From positions 1 to 56,474 of the forward strand of contig JAUVKU010000001.1 of the NCBI GenBank assembly GCA_030596105.1: 56,474 bases of DNA, read 5' to 3'. The DNA is from a bacterium (GTDB lineage: Bacteria > Patescibacteriota > Minisyncoccia > Minisyncoccales > DAOVPY01). Below, piece by piece: positions 15,627-27,536 of the stretch. The stretch's first letter is position 1. Each line of letters starts with the position of its first letter. The notes below the pieces were generated by a model. The model worked only from the letters and a program-made list of their open reading frames with translations, ran no database searches and had not been told where the DNA came from. Position numbers and translations under genes: made by a program.

Positions 15627-15884
15627 ATGTTTGAAAAATTAAAACAAATGAAACAGCTTAAAGAATTGCAAGATTCTTTAAAAAACGAACGGGCAGAAGT
15701 TGAAAAACAAGGAGTTAAAATTGTAGTCAATGGCAAAATGGAAATTGAAGAAGTCCAGCTTAACTCAGAATTGGGGAAAGAAGAACAAGAAAAAATTGTT
15801 AAGGACTGCATTAATGAAGCAATGAAAAAAGTTCAATTTATCGCTGCTCAAAAAATGTCACAAATGCCAGGATTCGGCCTATAA
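15627..15884 (+). CDS. ybaB: YbaB/EbfC-family nucleoid-associated protein
   Basis: 85 aa with the family layout: N-terminal KQMKQLKELQDSL helix, GVKIVVNGKMEIEEVQLN, then a C-terminal helix. Confidence 0.75.
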   Translation: MFEKLKQMKQLKELQDSLKNERAEVEKQGVKIVVNGKMEIEEVQLNSELGKEEQEKIVKDCINEAMKKVQFIAAQKMSQMPGFGL

Positions 15885-15899
15885 TAAAAGCTGAATAAT

Positions 15900-16424
15900 A
15901 TGACGATTTTAGAGATAGAAAAAATTTTGAAAAAAGATGGAATTGGAATTTTACCAACAGATACAATCTATGGATTGGTTGGTTCAGCGTTTTCTAAAAA
16001 AGCGATTGAAAAAATTTACAAAATCAAACAAAGAGAAAAAAACAAACCATTTATAATCTTAATTTCATCATTAAAAGACCTAAAATTATTTGGCATAAAA
16101 TTAGACAAAAAAAGAATTGCATTTTTGAAAAAAATATTCTTCGCGAAAACAAGCATTATATTAGAATGCCCAAATAAAAAATTTTCTTATTTACATAAAA
16201 ATAAAAATAGCTTAGCTTTCAGAATGCCCAAAGATTTATGGCTTAAAAAATTGCTTTCAAAAACTGGGCCGCTGGTAGCTCCAAGCGCAAATTTAACTGG
16301 AATGCCCCCATCTGAAACAATAAAACAGGCAAAAAAATATTTTGGAAATAAAATAGATTTTTATTTTGACAAAGGAAAAATAAAAAACAGGCCGTCTATA
16401 ATTTTAGAGATAAAAAGATTTTAA
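15900..16424 (+). CDS. tsaC: L-threonylcarbamoyladenylate synthase (TsaC/YrdC type)
   Basis: GILPTDTIYGLVG, KIKQREKNKPFIIL and GPLVAPSANLTG motifs. Confidence 0.85.
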   Translation: MTILEIEKILKKDGIGILPTDTIYGLVGSAFSKKAIEKIYKIKQREKNKPFIILISSLKDLKLFGIKLDKKRIAFLKKIFFAKTSIILECPNKKFSYLHKNKNSLAFRMPKDLWLKKLLSKTGPLVAPSANLTGMPPSETIKQAKKYFGNKIDFYFDKGKIKNRPSIILEIKRF

Positions 16425-16427
16425 ACA

Positions 16428-16603
16428 GAGATAATTGTCAAAATTCTTCCGTAACGAAATTTCAAATTTTTGAGAAAAACAAAAAAGGCAAGTAAAAGGA
16501 TTTGAACCGTAGCATCGCTACGGAGAAAATCCTTTTACACAGCCTGACGAAGTTGTAGCCAAAAATATGAAATTGTAGTAGAAAAAATTTTTACAATCAT
16601 CTC
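16428..16603 (+). repeat. structured intergenic element, type I, copy A (sense on + strand)
   Basis: Same length as, and roughly 80-85% identical by eye to, the reverse complement of 49293-49468. 18-bp closing stem GAGATAATTGTCAAAATT / AATTTTTACAATCATCTC. Central hairpin AAAAGGATTTGAA-CCGTAGC-ATC-GCTACGG-AGAAAATCCTTTT. Confidence 0.8.
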
Positions 16604-16610
16604 AAACAAT

Positions 16611-16832
16611 ATGCTAATAAAAATCAAGGCGTTTCCAAGCTCAAACAAAGAAGAAATAATCAAAAAAGAAGAAGATAGTTTTGAAATTAAAATAAAAGAG
16701 CCACCATTACAGGGAATGGCAAATAAAGCCATAATTAAAGCCCTATCTTTGTATTTCAAAATTCCCGTGAAAAAAATTAGAATGATTAAGGGCTTCAGAG
16801 AAAGAAACAAAATTTTTGATATAAATATTTAA
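16611..16832 (+). CDS. DUF167 (YggU) family protein
   Basis: IKIKAFPSSNKEEI...FEIKIKEPPLQGMANKAIIKALSLYFKIPVKKIRMIKGFRERNKIF matches the DUF167 pattern (PgA...app.dGkAN..l..fL...l......i..G..sr.K). Confidence 0.75.
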   Translation: MLIKIKAFPSSNKEEIIKKEEDSFEIKIKEPPLQGMANKAIIKALSLYFKIPVKKIRMIKGFRERNKIFDINI

Positions 16833-16837
16833 AGACA

Positions 16838-17548
16838 ATGAACCTTTTAGAAATAAAAAATTTAAAAGCTCGGGCGAACGAAAAAGCCGTTCTAATGGGG
16901 GTTAATTTAGAAATAAAACAAGGAGAAGTCTGCGCGCTTTTAGGTCCAAACGCCTGTGGTAAAAGTAGTTTAGCGCAAATAATTTCTGGCAACCCAAAAT
17001 ATAAAATCATTGAAGGCAAAATCCTTTTTAAGGGAAAAAGTATCGCTAATTTTGCTCCAGAAAAAAGAGTAAAATTAGGCATTGCTTTAACATGGCAAAA
17101 CCCGCCTTCCGTGAAAGGGGTTAAATTTTCTCAACTTTTTAAAACAACGCTAAAAACAAAAAAGAGATTTCCGTGGACTCAAGAATTTTTAGAGAGAGAA
17201 ATTAATGTTGATTTTTCGGGTGGAGAAAAAAAGATGTCAGAATTATTCCAAGTTTTATTTCTAAACCCCAAAATAGTAATTTTTGATGAAATTGATTCTG
17301 GTTTGGATATTAAAAAATTAGAAATTGCCGCAAAAATAATTAAAAAAGAATTTGTCGCAAAAAATATTGCGGTTTTACTAATAACGCATTCTGGAGAAAT
17401 TTTGAAATTTCTAAAACCTGATTTTACTAGTGTTATGGTGTGTGGTAAAATTATTTGTAAAGAAAAGGGTCATAAAAAAACTCTCGCAACAATTAAAAAA
17501 CACGACTATGAAAAATGCAGAAAATGTTTATTGGCAGATAGACAATAG
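16838..17548 (+). CDS. sufC: Fe-S cluster assembly ATPase SufC (SmsC-like)
   Basis: Walker A GPNACGKSS, Q-loop LTWQNP, SufC-type signature FSGGEKKMSE, Walker B IVIFDEIDSGLD, H-loop ITH. Confidence 0.85.
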   Translation: MNLLEIKNLKARANEKAVLMGVNLEIKQGEVCALLGPNACGKSSLAQIISGNPKYKIIEGKILFKGKSIANFAPEKRVKLGIALTWQNPPSVKGVKFSQLFKTTLKTKKRFPWTQEFLEREINVDFSGGEKKMSELFQVLFLNPKIVIFDEIDSGLDIKKLEIAAKIIKKEFVAKNIAVLLITHSGEILKFLKPDFTSVMVCGKIICKEKGHKKTLATIKKHDYEKCRKCLLADRQ

Positions 17549-18407
17549 AATTAAACAAATCTGTTTAATGGATGAAGCAGAAATTTTACCAATAAATAAA
17601 GCTTGGCAAAAATATAACTGGGTAAAAAAATATTTTAAACAAAAACCAAAACAAGGTTATTTTATTTGGATAAAAAAACAATCAAAAAAAACCTTTTCTA
17701 CTTGCGTAAGTATTGCCAATAAAAACACAAAACAAAAACTTGAAAATCTTCTTGTTCTGGAAAAGGGCGTAAAAGCAAAAATTGAAGGAAATTGTAATTC
17801 TTTAAAAAAAGACCTATCTGGAATTCATCAAGCAACAGGAAAAATCGTATTAAAAGAAAATGCCACACTTAAATATAACCACACCCATTCTTGGAAAGAA
17901 AAAGATATAGTAGAAACAAATTATGACTTTTTTTTAGAAAAAAATTCCAAACTGAATTACACTTACAAATCCTTTTCTTCTCCGCAAAAACTTAGAATAA
18001 AGACCACTCTTAATATATTTGAAAATGCCACAGCGAAAGTAGTCTTGATGGCTGATTGTGAACACGGAGAAACAAACATCAAAGAAACATTATCGTTAAA
18101 AGAGAAGGGAAGTTCTGGAATAATAAAGCTGAGATTAGTTGGTAGGAATAATAGCAAAATCTCTGCTTGTTCTAAAGTTTTAGCTCAAGCTGAGGGCAAA
18201 GGTCATTTGGATTGCCAAGGAATATTGCTTGATAATAATTCAAGCATCTCCTTAACGCCAGAACTTTTATGTGAGAACAAAAAAGCTCAAATAACTCACG
18301 AAGCTTCAATAGGAAAAATTTCTCAAGAAGAATTGACTTATTTAAGAATGAGGGGATTAACCGAGAAGCAGGCAATTAACCTAATCATTTCCGGCTTCTT
18401 ACAATAA
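17508..18407 (+). CDS. sufB: short SufB/SufD-family Fe-S scaffold protein (SmsB-like)
   Basis: C-terminal beta-helix with the conserved end GHLDCQGILLD...ITHEASIGKISQEELTYLRMRGLTEKQAINLIISGFL. The start is uncertain: ATG 17508 overlaps sufC by 41 nt, and the alternative ATG 17568 lies 20 nt after the sufC stop. Confidence 0.75.
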   Translation: MKNAENVYWQIDNRIKQICLMDEAEILPINKAWQKYNWVKKYFKQKPKQGYFIWIKKQSKKTFSTCVSIANKNTKQKLENLLVLEKGVKAKIEGNCNSLKKDLSGIHQATGKIVLKENATLKYNHTHSWKEKDIVETNYDFFLEKNSKLNYTYKSFSSPQKLRIKTTLNIFENATAKVVLMADCEHGETNIKETLSLKEKGSSGIIKLRLVGRNNSKISACSKVLAQAEGKGHLDCQGILLDNNSSISLTPELLCENKKAQITHEASIGKISQEELTYLRMRGLTEKQAINLIISGFLQ

Positions 18408-18435
18408 TAAACCTGTTACCTTATAAGCAATAATT

Positions 18436-18987
18436 ATGGAAATTTTGAAAACTGAAACAGCGTTTGATGGAAAATATCTAAAATTCAAAAAAAGATATTT
18501 TAAAACGCTAAAAGGAAAAACAGAATACTGGGAATATGTTGAGAGAAAAACTATTAGCACAACATTTGTGGCTATTTTTGCTTTAACAAAAAACAAAGAA
18601 ATAATTCTTGAAAAAAATTATCGTGTTCCGTTTGAAGATTATATAATAGAATTGCCGGCTGGACTTTGCGACAAAAAAGGGGAGAGCGAAATTAAAACAG
18701 CTGAAAGAGAATTGTTAGAAGAAACAGGATATATGTCTAAAAAAATGACATTTATTTTTAAGGGACCAGTCTTATCTGGAACTGCCAAAGAAGAAATGAG
18801 CCTTTATTTTGCCCCAGAAGCAGAATTGATTGCCAAGCCAGACACAGAAGACGCTGAAGAAATTGAAATAATCAAGGTTCCATTAAATAAATTGGTTAAT
18901 TTTATTTTAAATTCGTCACAAAATACTAAAATAGACATAAAAATTTTAAGCATTCTACCGATTTTGGCGAAAAAAAAATTAATATAA
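18436..18987 (+). CDS. NUDIX hydrolase (ADP-ribose pyrophosphatase-like)
   Basis: Nudix box LPAGLCDKKGESEIKTAERELLEETGY. Confidence 0.8.
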   Translation: MEILKTETAFDGKYLKFKKRYFKTLKGKTEYWEYVERKTISTTFVAIFALTKNKEIILEKNYRVPFEDYIIELPAGLCDKKGESEIKTAERELLEETGYMSKKMTFIFKGPVLSGTAKEEMSLYFAPEAELIAKPDTEDAEEIEIIKVPLNKLVNFILNSSQNTKIDIKILSILPILAKKKLI

Positions 18988-18994
18988 AACACCG

Positions 18995-21900
18995 ATGAAA
19001 AATACAACAGCAAATCTTAATAAAGAGCAAAAAGAAGCGGTTACTTTTGATAAAGGACCGCTTTTAATTGTGGCTGGAGCTGGCACAGGAAAAACAACAG
19101 TAATTACTAGACGCATACTTGAACTTATAAAATCAAAAAAAGCTAAACCAGAAGAAATTTTAGCATTAACCTTTACAGATAAGGCCGCCGAAGAAATGGA
19201 AGAACGCGTGGATAGATTATTGCCCTACGGTTATACAGATCTTTGGATTTCAACCTTCCATTCTTTCTGTGAAAGAATTCTTAAAACGCATGGACTGGAC
19301 ATTGGGCTTGCGACAGATTTTAAACTTTTAAACCCAACAAACGAGTGGCTTTTATTCCGCCAAAATTTTGATAAATTTAATTTAGATTATTATAGACCAT
19401 TAAGCAATCCGTCAAAATTTATTCGTGTTTTAATTGAACATTTTTCTAAATGCAAAGACGAGGGAATTTATCCTGAAAAATATTTAGAATACAGCGATGA
19501 CTTGCGTTTAAATTTAGATAAAATATCAACAACAAGTAAGTTTATAAAAGAAGAAGATAAAAAAGATTTAATTCTAAAACAAGAAGAAACAAATAGAATA
19601 AAAGAGGTTGCGGAGGCATATTTTACTTTTCAAAAACTTTTATTGGAAAATAATGCTTTAAATTTTGGTGATTTGATAAGCTATTGCTTAAAATTGTTTG
19701 AAAAAAGACCAATAATCTTAGAAAAATACAGAAAACAATTTAAATATATTTTAATTGACGAATTCCAAGATACAAATTGGTGCCAATACGAATTAATAAA
19801 ATTATTAGCTCGTCCAAAAAACAATTTAACCATTTGCGCTGACGATGATCAAGCGATTTATAGATTTAGAGGAGCTTCTTTTAACAATGTCCTGCAATTT
19901 AGAAAAAATTATCCAAAAACTAAAGAAATAATTTTAACGAATAACTATCGCTCAACACAAAACATTCTTGATTTAGCTTATAAATTTATTCAATTAAATA
20001 ATCCTAATAGATTAGAATACCAAATGAACGAAGTTGCTGAAATTTCTAAACAAGCAAAAAACAAAGGAGTAAATTTAACAAATTTTAAAAAAATAAATAA
20101 AAAATTAAAAGCCGCAAATAAAGAAAATGGCATTGTTGAATGCTGTCATTACAAAACTTCAATGCAGGAGTTGAGAGGAGTAGCAACTAAAATCAAAACG
20201 CTTTTAAATCAAGACAAAGAAACAAGCTTAAATGATTTCGCTATTTTAGCCAGAACAAACAGTGTAGCAAATTTATTTGCGCGAGCAATGGAAAGAGAAA
20301 ATATCCCATATAAATTTTTAGCGGCTCAAGGACTATATTCTAAACCATTAATTTTAGATATAATTTCTTATTTCAAATTGCTCAATAATTATTATGAAAA
20401 TTCTTCTGTTTATAGAATTTTAAATTTGCCTTGTCTTAAAATTTCTTTTGAAGACATCGCTAAAATTACGCAATACGCCCATCAACACGGACAAACAGTT
20501 TATGAAACATTATGTCAAACATCTTTAATTCCCAACATTTCTCAAGAAGGCACAACTAAAATTAATTTTATTTTAAGCTTAATTAAAAAACACTCCGTTG
20601 AAGTTCAAAAAAAAAATTTGAGCGAAATTTTTGTAAAATTTTTAAAAGATTCTGGTTATTTAGATTATTTAGTAACAAAAGAAAATGAAAGCGTAATAAG
20701 AGAAAGAACAACACTTATAAATCAATTTTACGAAAAGATTAAAAAATTTGAGGAAACAGAAATTGATCCATGCTTAGCTAATTTTATGGAAGAATTAAGA
20801 ATGGAATTAGAATGCGGAGAACAAGGATCTTTAAAATTTGACCCAGAAAGCGGACCCGAAACAATAAAAATTATGACCGTTCATTCAGCAAAGGGGCTGG
20901 AATTTAAATATGTTTTTTTAGTAAGTCTTGTTGATAGGCGTTTCCCAACAATTGAAAAAAAAGACCCAATAGGAATTCCCGAAAAACTAATTAAAGAGGT
21001 GGCACCAGAAGGGGACGCACACCTACAAGAAGAAAGAAGGTTATTTTATGTAGCAATGACACGCGCCAAAAAAGGATTATTTTTCACTTTAGCTGACGAT
21101 TACGGAGGCGTTAGAAAAAAGAAACAATCTCGTTTTCTTAACGAATGCGAAATAACAAAAGAGGAAACAAAAGCAAAAGGCAAAAATACAAAACAAGCAA
21201 AATCAATTGAAACAACGCAAACAATAAACAGTAAAATTCTCGCAAAAAATCCTATTTCACGCAAACCATATAATAAAGCTACCAATTCATTTATTGGCAA
21301 TAATCTGCCTGGACACTTTTCTTATAGCCAGCTTGCGGCTTTTGACAAATGCCCCTTGCAATATAAATTTTCTCATATTTTAAAAATTCCGATAGGAGGA
21401 AAAGCGGTGTTTAGTTTTGGAAAAACAATACACAACACATTAGAAAAATTCGTTGGCTTAATAGTAAAGAAAGAAGCAATTAATCAAGGGAATTTATTCG
21501 GCTTTACAGACGAAAAAAAACAAGGCAAAGCAAAAAAAACATTAAAAGATTTTGAGGAATTGAAAGAAATCTATAAAAAAGAATGGATTGATGACTGGTA
21601 TGAAGACAAAAAACAAAAACAGGAATACCTAAAACTTGGTAAAAAAATTCTAAAAATTTTTTATAATGATTTTGTGAAAATTAAACCACAAATTCAAATA
21701 ATAAACAATGAACCGGCCATAGAACAAGCGTTTAAGCTAAAAATCGGAGGACATAATTTAATCGGAAAAATAGATAGAATAGATGATTTAAAAGATGGGA
21801 CTTGCGAAATCATTGATTATAAAACAGGAAAAGCGAAAGAAAAATTAACCCCGCAAGACAAACAACAATTAACAATTTACCAAATAGCCAGCGAAGATAT

Positions 21901-22114
21901 TTTGGGATTAAAACCTTCAAAACTTACCTACCATTATTTAGAAGGCAATAAAAAAGTTTCATTTTTAGCAACCGAAAAAGACAAAGAAAAATTAAAAGAA
22001 AAAATGTTAAAACAAATAGAAGAAATGAAAATTAGCAAATTTCATCCAAAGCCAGGATGGCAATGCCAATACTGCGACTTTAAGGGAATTTGTGAATACA
22101 AAAAAAATGTCTAA
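18995..22114 (+). CDS. UvrD/PcrA-type SF1 helicase fused to a C-terminal PD-(D/E)XK Cas4/AddB-like nuclease with a four-Cys cluster
   Basis: Helicase motifs AGAGTGKTT, ILIDEFQDTN, NYRSTQNIL, TVHSAKGLEFKYVFL, LFYVAMTRAK. The C-terminal 250 aa carry CPLQYKF ... IDRID ... IIDYKTGK ... QLTIYQ ... CQYCDFKGIC. Confidence 0.85.
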   Translation: MKNTTANLNKEQKEAVTFDKGPLLIVAGAGTGKTTVITRRILELIKSKKAKPEEILALTFTDKAAEEMEERVDRLLPYGYTDLWISTFHSFCERILKTHGLDIGLATDFKLLNPTNEWLLFRQNFDKFNLDYYRPLSNPSKFIRVLIEHFSKCKDEGIYPEKYLEYSDDLRLNLDKISTTSKFIKEEDKKDLILKQEETNRIKEVAEAYFTFQKLLLENNALNFGDLISYCLKLFEKRPIILEKYRKQFKYILIDEFQDTNWCQYELIKLLARPKNNLTICADDDQAIYRFRGASFNNVLQFRKNYPKTKEIILTNNYRSTQNILDLAYKFIQLNNPNRLEYQMNEVAEISKQAKNKGVNLTNFKKINKKLKAANKENGIVECCHYKTSMQELRGVATKIKTLLNQDKETSLNDFAILARTNSVANLFARAMERENIPYKFLAAQGLYSKPLILDIISYFKLLNNYYENSSVYRILNLPCLKISFEDIAKITQYAHQHGQTVYETLCQTSLIPNISQEGTTKINFILSLIKKHSVEVQKKNLSEIFVKFLKDSGYLDYLVTKENESVIRERTTLINQFYEKIKKFEETEIDPCLANFMEELRMELECGEQGSLKFDPESGPETIKIMTVHSAKGLEFKYVFLVSLVDRRFPTIEKKDPIGIPEKLIKEVAPEGDAHLQEERRLFYVAMTRAKKGLFFTLADDYGGVRKKKQSRFLNECEITKEETKAKGKNTKQAKSIETTQTINSKILAKNPISRKPYNKATNSFIGNNLPGHFSYSQLAAFDKCPLQYKFSHILKIPIGGKAVFSFGKTIHNTLEKFVGLIVKKEAINQGNLFGFTDEKKQGKAKKTLKDFEELKEIYKKEWIDDWYEDKKQKQEYLKLGKKILKIFYNDFVKIKPQIQIINNEPAIEQAFKLKIGGHNLIGKIDRIDDLKDGTCEIIDYKTGKAKEKLTPQDKQQLTIYQIASEDILGLKPSKLTYHYLEGNKKVSFLATEKDKEKLKEKMLKQIEEMKISKFHPKPGWQCQYCDFKGICEYKKNV

Positions 22115-22139
22115 TAATTTCTATTTTTTTCCAAAAAAA

Positions 22140-23561
22140 ATGTCAAAAAAATTTGATACAAAAAAATATGACTCAATAATTATTGGGGCAGGTCCAGCTG
22201 GGATGTTTGCGGCTTTTGAATTGATAAACACAAATCCAGAATTCAATATTTTAGTCGTTGAAAAAGGGAAAGAAGTTGAAAAAAGAAATTGTCCTATGGA
22301 AAAGACTGGAAAATGTTCTAATTGCCAACCTTGCGACATAATGTCTGGGGTGGGGGGCTCTGGAACATTCTCTGATGGCACTTTAAATTTAAGACCAGAT
22401 ATCGGCGGAAACCTTTCTGAATTTACGGAAAAAGAAAGCGATGCATGGGATTTGGTTAATTCAGTAGACAAAGTTTTTCTAAAATTTGGAGCTCCAGAAG
22501 AATGTTATGGAATGTGTGATGAAGAAAACGAACGGCTTTATTATAAAGCAGCTTCCGCAGACATTAAATTTATTAAAATAAAACAAAGACATATTGGATC
22601 AGATAAAACTCCTGAATTAATAAAACAGTTTGCTGATTATTTAAAAAACAAAGGCGTGAAATTTATGTCTGAAACAAATGTAAAAGATTTGATTATTGAA
22701 AACAATGAATGCCGAGGAATAATTTTTTCTCAAGCAAACGGAACCGAAGAAAAAATTTATTCTAAATCTATTTTAATGGCGCCAGGAAGAGCGGGTATGT
22801 CATGGATTAATGAGATAGTTAATAAGCACAATATAGACGCAAAACATGGACCAATAGATATTGGCGTCCGAGTTGAGGTGCCTGCGGTTGTAATGAATCC
22901 AATAACTAAAATTAACAGAGATCCTAAATTTCATATCTGGACAAGTTATTGCGGAGACCTTATTAGAACTTTTTGCACAAATCATCAGGGATTTGTTGTT
23001 AAGGAAAATTACGGGGATTTTATAGGAGTCAACGGACATTCCTTAAAAGATAAAAAATCTGAAAATACTAATTTTGCTTTTTTAACTAGCATAGAATTAA
23101 CGCATCCTTTGGAAGATACTAGTAAATATGGAGAGTCCATAGCAAAAATTACAAATACGCTTGGAGGCGGAAAACCAATCATTCAACGCTTAGGCGATTT
23201 AAAAAAAGGAAGAAGGTCAACTTTTGAACGCTTAAAGAGAAGTGGAATTAAGCATAGTTTAGAAGATGTCACGCCAGGTGATTTGGCCATGGCTTTACCG
23301 AGTAGAATTATAAGTAATATTATAGAAGGATTAGAAAAACTTAATAAAGTAATTCCAGGAGTTGCTACGGATTCTACCTTTCTTTATGGAGCAGAAATAA
23401 AATTTTATTCAAGAAAAATTCTTGTTAATAAAAATATGGAAACCAGTATTAAAAATCTTTTCGTGGCTGGCGACGGAGCTGGTTTAAGCAGAGATATAGT
23501 CAACGCAGCAGCAACAGGCCTATTGGCTGGCAAGGGAATTGTTAAACGCATCGCTCAATAA
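22140..23561 (+). CDS. FAD-dependent oxidoreductase (COG2509-like uncharacterised dehydrogenase)
   Basis: Dinucleotide-binding YDSIIIGAGPAGMFAAFEL and C-terminal LFVAGDGAG. Start taken at ATG 22140, after the upstream stop. Confidence 0.7.
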   Translation: MSKKFDTKKYDSIIIGAGPAGMFAAFELINTNPEFNILVVEKGKEVEKRNCPMEKTGKCSNCQPCDIMSGVGGSGTFSDGTLNLRPDIGGNLSEFTEKESDAWDLVNSVDKVFLKFGAPEECYGMCDEENERLYYKAASADIKFIKIKQRHIGSDKTPELIKQFADYLKNKGVKFMSETNVKDLIIENNECRGIIFSQANGTEEKIYSKSILMAPGRAGMSWINEIVNKHNIDAKHGPIDIGVRVEVPAVVMNPITKINRDPKFHIWTSYCGDLIRTFCTNHQGFVVKENYGDFIGVNGHSLKDKKSENTNFAFLTSIELTHPLEDTSKYGESIAKITNTLGGGKPIIQRLGDLKKGRRSTFERLKRSGIKHSLEDVTPGDLAMALPSRIISNIIEGLEKLNKVIPGVATDSTFLYGAEIKFYSRKILVNKNMETSIKNLFVAGDGAGLSRDIVNAAATGLLAGKGIVKRIAQ

Positions 23562-23638
23562 TCCACCACTAATTTTAAAAAATTTTTGTTCCATTTTATA
23601 TATCCCTATGCGAATAACAATGACAAATGGCAGGGGAC

Positions 23639-23666
23639 TTGACAAGAAATTTTTCATAAGTAAAAT
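23639..23666 (+). promoter_or_regulatory. candidate rRNA promoter
   Basis: TTGACA (23639-23644), 16-nt spacer, TAAAAT (23661-23666), about 250 nt upstream of the 23S 5' end. Confidence 0.4.
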
Positions 23667-23913
23667 GAAAAGTGAGTTATGAATAAAACAAAAAATATAT
23701 TTAAGCAAAAAGACAGTTAGCTTTTTAGTGGCGTATTTTTTTCGCAACTTTAAAGTCGCTTTCTTGAGCGATTTTTTGTTTTATCATAATAGTAGCTCAT
23801 TGTTAACTGAATAATGACGACAAAATAAATTGCAAATAATAAACGAGAGTGTGAAATAATATATTCTATATATTGTTTAGCATTCTCAACTCATATAAAG
23901 TAATTATTAATTA

Positions 23914-27239
<3,326 letters not shown>

Positions 27240-27327
27240 TAATTAATAATTATTTTTGCAATGAAAACACGAAGCAATACACCAACGTATTGCAACAAGA
27301 CTAAATCCGTAAAACAATCTAAAATTG

Positions 27328-27453
27328 TGGTCACTATAAGGGGGCTATACTGAGAGTGCTCCACCTGTTCCCATCCCGAACACAGAAGTGAAATCTTTCA
27401 GGGCCGATGATAGTGGTTTACCGCGAAAGTAGGTAGCTCTCTTATAGTGACCA
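27328..27453 (+). rRNA. rrf: 5S rRNA
   Basis: CCACCTGTTCCCATCCCGAACACAGAAGTGAAA...GCCGATGATAGTG...CGCGAAAGTAGG blocks. The terminal helix is TGGTCACTATAAG/CTTATAGTGACCA. Confidence 0.85.
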
Positions 27454-27482
27454 TAATTTAACGCAATAATTTATTTATTGAT

Positions 27483-27517
27483 AGTTTCTCCCGCAAGGAG
27501 AAACTTTTGTTTTTTTG
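27483..27517 (+). terminator. rho-independent terminator after 5S
   Basis: AGTTTCTCC-CGCAA-GGAGAAACT hairpin followed by TTTTGTTTTTTT. Confidence 0.8.
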
Positions 27518-27536
27518 TGCCTTGATATATAATGAT

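Noticed and set aside
23752-23810. Possible rrn antitermination signals in the 23S leader: a boxB-like hairpin AGTCGCT..AGCGATT and a boxA-like GCTCATTGTTAAC.
   Set aside because: The similarity to the boxA consensus (GCTCTTTAACAA) is partial and the region is AT-rich. It is too weak to annotate as a feature and is mentioned only as context.
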